Of a DNA stretch of 37,155 nt, positions 9,301 to 14,696 are shown in pieces. The position numbers were made by a program, and so were the translations under genes. The notes under the pieces are model-generated. The model ran no database searches. It worked only from the letters and a program-made list of their open reading frames with translations, and was not told the DNA's origin. This stretch comes from Candidatus Microgenomates bacterium. GTDB lineage: Bacteria; Patescibacteriota; Microgenomatia; JAADGY01. The stretch spans positions 1-37,155 of the forward strand of contig WFRL01000058.1 in NCBI GenBank assembly GCA_015486555.1, read 5' to 3'. The number at the start of each line of letters is the position of its first letter. The stretch's first letter is position 1.

Positions 9301-10107
9301 ACTGTCCTCATCTAGTTTTTCTCCTCCCCACCAAATAAGGTTATCCACAGTCTCGGCTATTGAATGAGTCAGAAGCCTGTCCATTTCTTGTTTAACTCTT
9401 TCTAGAGCCTCTTTGTTTTTAGGCAGTTTAAGATTACCCTCAAGGAAAGTAGAGGCCTGCTGGTAGAGGTCTCCTTTTAATTCCTCTACCTGCCTCAGGT
9501 CCGTAGCTGAAGGTGGAGGTAATAGCTCCACCTCCTTGGTTTCAGCTGCTGCTTCGGTTGGGGCCTTTTCCTTGAGAACCTTTTTAAAAGGAAGAATGAT
9601 CAAATAATCAACCGGCGTTTGGTTAGTTTGGTTAATAAGTTGTTTTTCAAGGGCTTCCTGGTATGTTTCAACTACTTCATCGATGGTGCTTACTTCTACC
9701 CTTTCTATTTGCTGGTGGCTGAGAACGGCTAATAATTCTTGAAGGCTAAATGTCTGTTGGAGGTTGCCCCATAAAGCCCCGTAGGCATAGGTCTCCTTAA
9801 GAAGGTTCTTAACTGTTTCGCCTAAGCCATTAAGAATCTTAAGGGAAAGAGTGAATTTTTTTGAAGGAAGATTAATGAGAAGAGTTAGTTCTGGTTGTTC
9901 TTCTAGTTCAGAAAGTGATTGATAAAGGCTTTCTAACCTTTCCTTTCGATCTTGGTGAGTAAGGATTTCTCCGCCTACTTGGACTACTCTTTCTCGAAGG
10001 CCAAGTTTTTCAACCTCAATCAAAAAAAGGAGTTTATTAAAGCACTCTAACCAGCCTTCTATATTTTGAGTCTCTTGCCAACAAGTTTTTTTCTGGGTTT
10101 CGACCAT
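6373..10107 (-). CDS. Giant (1,244 aa) membrane protein with a C-terminal CHAP cysteine peptidase/amidase domain
   Basis: No signal peptide and about 610 aa of soluble N-terminus. An extremely Lys/Arg-rich stretch lies at nt ~8010-8265 and a Gly-rich multi-TM block at nt ~7497-7875. The exodomain is Cys-rich and ends in CHAP motifs: YVQCTEFV (Cys about aa 1121, nt 6745-6747) and NGHVGIV (His about aa 1192). Confidence 0.8.
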   Translation of the reverse strand: MVETQKKTCWQETQNIEGWLECFNKLLFLIEVEKLGLRERVVQVGGEILTHQDRKERLESLYQSLSELEEQPELTLLINLPSKKFTLSLKILNGLGETVKNLLKETYAYGALWGNLQQTFSLQELLAVLSHQQIERVEVSTIDEVVETYQEALEKQLINQTNQTPVDYLIILPFKKVLKEKAPTEAAAETKEVELLPPPSATDLRQVEELKGDLYQQASTFLEGNLKLPKNKEALERVKQEMDRLLTHSIAETVDNLIWWGGEKLDEDSLASLVSQKIIDNLLLSEDVQDKIFRQSWLDLRASLKKHPVDLENDLQKSLFSITEKRSDHLEAVNRLAAFSRQAPLNSSDLKNLAKDVIRRQLKLSIPDAAKHEEEINTLAEQAANYITYVKPAEKILIAPSALEKILQESPLVQAHPEVKEIIDTTGVIFKRPSQRMFRLPKGAWKKYLFKSLFTKENNRKLIIEKGLNPFSAYDWLLHPTEEVEKEFEWLKKGSPIRVLGKTVTTRKPLTEGNKLHHQFEEMLKWRKDHEDILKEVKLPFLARSYLKFQRLKTRLIGQPLLKLTTLLSLPSYQLSIRLNHVQKEVQDSRVVQEVINSRHWPIINKILGGVEAVAHPKTLRKKVRRKIRKLWRKSFLGKRVRQARLKIIRTVRKYRHKKVTGFLLRVVATPRRGIRALRKKLAAWWKRFKNSPTGKRFGRIFKGFWLITHPKQLLKKGLIWSLKKIGQLSIKVLSKLGLDLAGLASGVGTVLAVLALIKDLYPFLRRWWKEILTFIAGWLYLIINFILSHLLAVFFGLIGGFLIGGFIGGPVGFLLGFGVGFGLEHLIGSLSTLASSAASLASSLWGTMTAFATSTTGITLALTVIPGGTALVAASLFWYPYLSTAFLKSNLYYQSGGTQYLTLYKNLRLDKVNSKYILKDERSAFPRLSNAAARDKIKLTFRIKMKAEGKDLKIVAVKDVSQIYTKDSQLPSGRLVKTLTYDLTSNFKDLTVGSEEIVDYQFPLQPEYKNSRLANTLQVTIQDNQGKKYQKITGFNTLIGQAPLIGCQEIAAEAEKLVNQLYRCSDNQIADCYCPANPNPALGYFVNSYHCGNTGENGPFKNYIRADANWVEKENHYVQCTEFVNDVYRHLYNGQSLYNLCDNKTFGNAGDWWVNAPQSCSHFLSAIPNQPGKTPSLGDILVFQGGGGNGHVGIVTQLGLNTLTFASANVSQRFITLENNGGWKSILPGLRLVGWLHNLSCQP

Positions 10108-10152
10108 AAGTCCATTTTACCCTAAGGACAGATAAGTTGCTACAATAGTAGT

Positions 10153-11160
10153 ATGGTTATTAAAGAACATCCAATTCCTCAGAATATAACCACCTATAAA
10201 TTCCGCCTGGTGGGGAATATGACTCTAGTTCAGTTCTTGGAGGTCCTAGGGGGGGTGGGTTTAGCCTTTGTCTTTTGGAAGTCTCCTCTTTACCCAATTC
10301 TTAAATTTCCTCTTGCTCTTAGTTCGGCCAGCTTAGGGTTTTTAATGGCTTTTGTTCCTCTCGAGGAGAGACCTCTTGATGTTTGGTTAGTCTCTTTTAT
10401 TAAGAAGATCTACCGGCCGACTCTTTTTATTTACCATTCTCTAGCCCACTTACCACTTTACCAAACCTATAAGCCGGAAAAAAGGGAGGAGGCAACCAAA
10501 TTAATTGCAACTAACAAACTGAATAGCTTTCTCAAAAAGAGTTCTCATTTAGCTGGGGTTTCCCAAAATGATCTTATCCATAAATACATTGATCAGCTTT
10601 TCCAAGAGGAGACAATTGAATCGTCATTCACTAAGGAAGAGAAAAGAGAAAAGAAGAAAACCCAATTACCTAAGGTACCTCCCTCCAGGTTGCCAATTAG
10701 GAGAAAAAAGATAGTTCTAGTTTCGTCCCCTCCTGAGCTGGTTAAGAAAAAAGAGAAGAAACGGGTTAAAAAACCACCTCAGGTAGAAACCATTCTCCAA
10801 ACTTCCCTGTCACCAGTTAAGATTGAGAAAAAGCCGACTGTAAAAGGAACAGCACCGACTTTTGACACATCCTTACCTCGACCAACTAAGGCGAACTTGC
10901 CTTCAGGCATCATTTTTGATGAGGCTAATCACCCCCTAGTGGGGGCAATCGTGGAAATAAAGGATAAAGATGGTCTGCCGCTTCGAGTTACTAAGACTAA
11001 TATAATTGGTCAGTTTACTTTAGTAACTCCTCTTCCTTCAGGAGAATATCTTGTAACCGTGGAAAAAGATGGTTACCAAGCTCAACCTATAAAGCTTAAA
11101 CTTGAAGGGAAAGTGGTTAAACCGTTAAAGATAAAAGCCAAAGAGGTTAAAGGTGCCTGA
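10153..11160 (+). CDS. PrgI/VirB3-like membrane protein fused to a C-terminal carboxypeptidase-regulatory-like beta-sandwich (335 aa)
   Basis: N-terminus IPQNITTYKFRLVGNMTLVQF + two TM helices + EERPLDVWL matches the PrgI family pattern. A Lys/Pro-rich linker follows. The C-terminus reads GIIFDE..PLVGAIVEIKDKDG...TNIIGQFTL..LPSGEYLVTVEKDGYQ. Confidence 0.7.
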   Translation: MVIKEHPIPQNITTYKFRLVGNMTLVQFLEVLGGVGLAFVFWKSPLYPILKFPLALSSASLGFLMAFVPLEERPLDVWLVSFIKKIYRPTLFIYHSLAHLPLYQTYKPEKREEATKLIATNKLNSFLKKSSHLAGVSQNDLIHKYIDQLFQEETIESSFTKEEKREKKKTQLPKVPPSRLPIRRKKIVLVSSPPELVKKKEKKRVKKPPQVETILQTSLSPVKIEKKPTVKGTAPTFDTSLPRPTKANLPSGIIFDEANHPLVGAIVEIKDKDGLPLRVTKTNIIGQFTLVTPLPSGEYLVTVEKDGYQAQPIKLKLEGKVVKPLKIKAKEVKGA

Positions 11161-12868
11161 GATAAACAGCTCTCCAAGGTTTATAGACCGATAAAAAGGT
11201 TTGTTGATGAAGAACCTTCCCTTGGTGAAAGACTTGCCAGTCAAAGGCAACCTTTGCTCCCCATGAGGGCCACTCAATCTGTTTGACTGTGCCTAGAGGT
11301 AGAGTAGGATCGTTTTGGTAAAGAGGCGGCGGCGGCGGCGTTTGGTCCCAGATTCGAGGAGAAGAAATGATTACCCGACGGCCATCTTTTGTCCCGTAAA
11401 GGTAGAATACAAGATGATGTTTTTTTAGGTCGGTTGAGGTTTGGATAAGAAGGTAACTGGGAAGGTCATTCTTGAATTTAAGATCAACATGAGGGGCGAA
11501 AACAGTAGCGTCAAAACCTGGCGGCGAGTTTTGTTCATAATAACCCACCCGGTAGGAATGATAATGACGTTCGATTATCGGCAGGCCAGCTTTGAGGACA
11601 GCTCGGAAAAGAGTAGTGGAGACTTGGCAGACGCCGCCACCGTCGTCAAGGATAGTTTTACCCTCTTTTATAACATATGATTGGTGGTAGCCAGTCGCTG
11701 CTGAGATCCTTCCTAAGGCTTTATTAAATGAAAAAACCTCTCCAGGGTTAACTAAGATTCCGTTGAGCCGGGAGGCGGCCAATTTTACGTTGTGCATCCG
11801 GCTAGCTGATGAGTGCCAAAACCATGATTCACCTCGCCCGACTAGTTCCTTTATGCCATAAGAGTTTGTGTCCTTAGTAGTTATCTTAGGAGGAAGATAG
11901 TTGCCTTTAATGGTTAAGGTTACTGTGGGAGGAAAGTGGTTGTCTTCTACTGTTCTAGCCAAGTCTAATTCAAGGGTTTGGAAATTTAATTGAAAGCCGG
12001 GTCGGGAAGGCCTAAAAGCAATTACTCGTCCCCCTTTAAACTCAAAGAGAGCATTTTCAGGGGTAGTATTAAAGAAAGCCTGCTTATCTTTGGCTACATT
12101 TTCTAGACTTTCTTTATCTACTGGGGCATAGAAAGAAAGAAGAGATATTTTTTCTTCAGCAGTTAACTCGACTTCTTTCTTGTTTCTTTGGAGGATAATC
12201 TTTGTTTTTAATAACTTGTAGGCCTTAGTGTAGGTCTTTCTTTTAGCTTCGTCAGATGGTTGGAGACTTATTTTCTCTACTGGTAGCTCTATTATTGACT
12301 TCTTTTCTTGAAAAACTAATTTTACTTTTGCTATGAGATTTTCTTGATCAATTTGGTAACCGTCTTTGGCTGGCAGGTAGATAAGCTTTCCCTGATGATA
12401 GCTTAACTTAGCCGCCTGGGGATAAGGCAATTCCTTCTGGAAGGCCTTTTCTAATTGATGACTGAGTTGGTGAGGGTTGATTACTATGCTAGGTTGGAGG
12501 GTTAAAGGCTGATAAAGATTGGTAGTAAAAAATAGCCATCGCTCCAGCCAACTGGAGTTTTTAAATTGCTGTTGCCAATTATCTAGACTCTTTTGAGCGG
12601 AGAAGGAAATGGCTAAATCCTTTAGATTAAAAGAATGATTTTTGCCTTGGAAAGTAAAGGTTATTTCTTGGGGATAGTTAAGGGTATTTAACTGCCCTAG
12701 GGCAAAGAAATAAGGATAGCCGCCAAGCTCTTTGTTAACTATCCTTAGTCTTAAGGGAGTAATGATTCCACTGGTAACGAGCAAACCGCTAAGGAGGTAA
12801 GAAAAAATAAGAAAGGTAATTCCTCCTTGGAGCCAGCTAGTGAAAGTTGATCGGTAATTTAGCCTCAT
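11147..12868 (-). CDS. VanW family protein with N-terminal membrane anchor (573 aa)
   Basis: DDGGGVCQVSTTLFRAVLKAGLPIIERHYHSYRVGYY is the VanW core motif. N-terminal TM present. Converges on and overlaps the PrgI-like gene by 14 nt. Confidence 0.8.
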   Translation of the reverse strand: MRLNYRSTFTSWLQGGITFLIFSYLLSGLLVTSGIITPLRLRIVNKELGGYPYFFALGQLNTLNYPQEITFTFQGKNHSFNLKDLAISFSAQKSLDNWQQQFKNSSWLERWLFFTTNLYQPLTLQPSIVINPHQLSHQLEKAFQKELPYPQAAKLSYHQGKLIYLPAKDGYQIDQENLIAKVKLVFQEKKSIIELPVEKISLQPSDEAKRKTYTKAYKLLKTKIILQRNKKEVELTAEEKISLLSFYAPVDKESLENVAKDKQAFFNTTPENALFEFKGGRVIAFRPSRPGFQLNFQTLELDLARTVEDNHFPPTVTLTIKGNYLPPKITTKDTNSYGIKELVGRGESWFWHSSASRMHNVKLAASRLNGILVNPGEVFSFNKALGRISAATGYHQSYVIKEGKTILDDGGGVCQVSTTLFRAVLKAGLPIIERHYHSYRVGYYEQNSPPGFDATVFAPHVDLKFKNDLPSYLLIQTSTDLKKHHLVFYLYGTKDGRRVIISSPRIWDQTPPPPPLYQNDPTLPLGTVKQIEWPSWGAKVAFDWQVFHQGKVLHQQTFLSVYKPWRAVYLRHL

Positions 12869-12895
12869 ATAAAAATTATGACATACCTTTACATT

Positions 12896-13262
12896 GGAAC
12901 TCGGAGCTTGGAGCTTGGAACTTGGAACTCAGAACTTAGAACTTAGAGCTCGGAACTTAGCCTGTTAACGAGTCATTCTGAGGAGCCATAGCGACGAAGA
13001 ATCTAGCGAAGCGCAAAGGTATTAGCACTCAAGTTTTTTTCTAAGCTCTTACTACGGGTTATTAATTGTTTTTCAACCTAGTTCCTCCAACCTAGTTCCT
13101 AGTTCCAATTCCCTGCGCCTTCGGCTAGATCCTTCACTTCGCCTGACGGCTCGTTCAGGATGACACGGGAGATAAGGTTATGGATTTTGGTAATTAGGTT
13201 TTTGATATTGTTTAGGACCTGCCTGCTGGCAGGCAGGTTTAGAGTTTAGGATTTAGGATTTA
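12896..13262. repeat. Cluster R3: 7-nt tandem array (12896-12960), full long-core element (12972-13164), 22-nt palindrome (13217-13238) and TTTAGGA heptamers
   Basis: ARCTYRG heptamers repeated about 9 times. Arms at 12972-13015(+) and 13114-13164(-). ACCTGCCTGCtgGCAGGCAGGT, followed by gtttagg/atttagg/attta. Confidence 0.85.
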
Positions 13263-13310
13263 TTTTCATCTGTATCCTGATAATATATTCTTAATGTTAC
13301 AATAAGGTAA

Positions 13311-13664
13311 ATGCTGGGACTAAAACTATTAACCGATGTTTTGGCAGATGATAATGGAGTTGATGTCTATGAGAACTTTCTTGTTGGCAATAAACCTTCT
13401 CCCTTTACTAATTTAGCTTCACTAATAAATCTTCTCTATAAGAGTTTATTAGTGTTAGCGGGTATTGTTTTGTTTTTTCTTCTTATTTTGGGAGGGTTTA
13501 ACTATCTAGCCGGGGCAGGCCAGGAGAAATCAAATCAGGTTGAGAAGGGAAAGAAGGCTATCACTGGAGCGATAATAGGTTTTTTGTTGGTCTTCGCTGC
13601 TTATTGGATTATTCAGATTATTAGTTTGCTCACTGGAGTGAAGATTCTTAAATCTAATCTCTAG
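13311..13664 (+). CDS. VirB2/TrbC-type T4SS pilin-like two-TM protein (117 aa)
   Basis: Two hydrophobic helices flank the loop GGFNYLAGAGQEKSNQVEKGKKAITGAIIGF, the pattern I recognise from T4SS pilin families. There is no classical N-terminal signal peptide. Confidence 0.65.
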   Translation: MLGLKLLTDVLADDNGVDVYENFLVGNKPSPFTNLASLINLLYKSLLVLAGIVLFFLLILGGFNYLAGAGQEKSNQVEKGKKAITGAIIGFLLVFAAYWIIQIISLLTGVKILKSNL

Positions 13665-13681
13665 TGTATAATTAATTAACT

Positions 13682-14047
13682 ATGCCAGAAACAGGTCTTT
13701 CTATCGGCAACAAAATTTTTGGAGAGATAAAACCGCCGTCTGCAGGTGGAAAAGTAGGTGGATATGAAAGCAGTTTTAGTGGTTTGAGCAGTTTTATTAA
13801 GAATCTTATTTACCTTATCTTTGTTGTAGCCGGCCTTTATGCCCTCTTGAATTTCATTATGGCTGGTTTTGAGTTTATCGGAGCAGGGGGGGATAGTAAT
13901 AAAATAACCAGCGCCTGGAATAAAATCTGGCAGAGCCTCTTAGGTTTGATTATTATGATCGCTGCCTTTGCTCTAGCGGCCGTAGTCGGCCAAGTTCTCT
14001 TTGATCGTTGGGACTTTATTCTCAAACCAACTATTCCCACTCCTTAG
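13682..14047 (+). CDS. Second VirB2/TrbC-type T4SS pilin-like two-TM protein (121 aa), paralog of 13311-13664
   Basis: Same architecture: LIYLIFVVAGLYALLNFIMAGFEFIGAGGDSNKITSAWNKIWQSLLGLIIMIAAF. It starts 17 nt after the first pilin-like gene. Confidence 0.65.
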   Translation: MPETGLSIGNKIFGEIKPPSAGGKVGGYESSFSGLSSFIKNLIYLIFVVAGLYALLNFIMAGFEFIGAGGDSNKITSAWNKIWQSLLGLIIMIAAFALAAVVGQVLFDRWDFILKPTIPTP

Positions 14048-14190
14048 CTTAAAGCAATTGATTCCTAGTTGTTTATTCTTTGTTAGTTAATCCCTATTAG
14101 CCTTACCTAGTTAGAGACAGATAACAATAAGGAATAGTAAACATCCAACTTATTAAAGTGCACTTGTTCTAATCTTTTTTTCCTCTCCAG

Positions 14191-14573
14191 GTCCCCCAAT
14201 AGGTCGGGGCTAGCTAAGCACCTCTATAGAAAATTCTAAATCCTAAACAATATCACAATCCTAGTGATTTAAATTCAGAACTTTTTTTCCTGGTCATTCT
14301 GACCCTCCGTGGCGGAGGGGAAGAATCTAGCCGAAGGCGCATGGATGTGCTCCCAAGCGTGGATGCCAGCACCTCTGCGCTCGCTGTTGCTCGCTAGGTC
14401 CTTCACTTCGCCTGGCGGCTTGTTCAGGATAACCGGGGGAGGTGCGCCTTCGGCTAGATCCTTCGTCGCCACAGCTCCTCAGGATGACGGGGAGGGGGCG
14501 CCTAACAGCTCGTTCAGGATGACTCCTTAGAAAGGTTTTACTTTATGACTTTACAAACTTTATGCTTTATGAG
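14191..14573. repeat. Cluster R4: degenerate arm (14191-14220), full element (14293-14433), two further same-orientation arms (14443-14488, ~14497-14523) and CTTTATG repeats (14539-14573)
   Basis: Same arm consensus as R1-R3, e.g. GTCATTCTGACCCTCCGTGGCGGAGGGGAAGAATCTAGCCGAAGGCGCA at 14293-14341. Confidence 0.85.
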
Positions 14574-14696
14574 CTACCCAACTGAATTAATTTTTTAGTT
14601 TAGTTTTGAGTTAAGTAAACGTCTATTTTCAATCTGAATTTTAATTAGGTAAGGCTCTACCCCCTCCAAAAAAGGCCTTATAGTATAATAAGGCAA

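Noticed and set aside
9341-9349. Perfect DnaA box TTATCCACA
   Set aside because: It is a single copy inside the coding region of the CHAP giant, with no cluster, no AT-rich unwinding element and no dnaA/dnaN nearby. This is consistent with chance.
13022-13030. Exact CIRCE half-site TTAGCACTC in the element core, and GAGTGCCAA 8/9 half-sites at 349-357 and 538-546
   Set aside because: Only half-sites are present. No complementary half lies at N9 spacing in any copy, so this is probably a chance resemblance of the core motif GGCACTCAAG.
13241-13262. TTTAGGA/CCTAAAT heptamers resembling plant-type telomere repeats (TTTAGGG)
   Set aside because: They are internal, short (2-4 units) and imperfect, and belong to the same 7-nt array family as the other heptamers. 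Nothing indicates a linear replicon end.
14275-14530. ORF-track entries 14275-14472(-) and 14309-14530(+), 65 and 73 aa
   Set aside because: Both lie entirely within the palindromic repeat cluster R4 and overlap each other on opposite strands. Their peptides (…SFVATAPQDD…, …RLVQD…) are simply translations of the repeat arms. They have no RBS.
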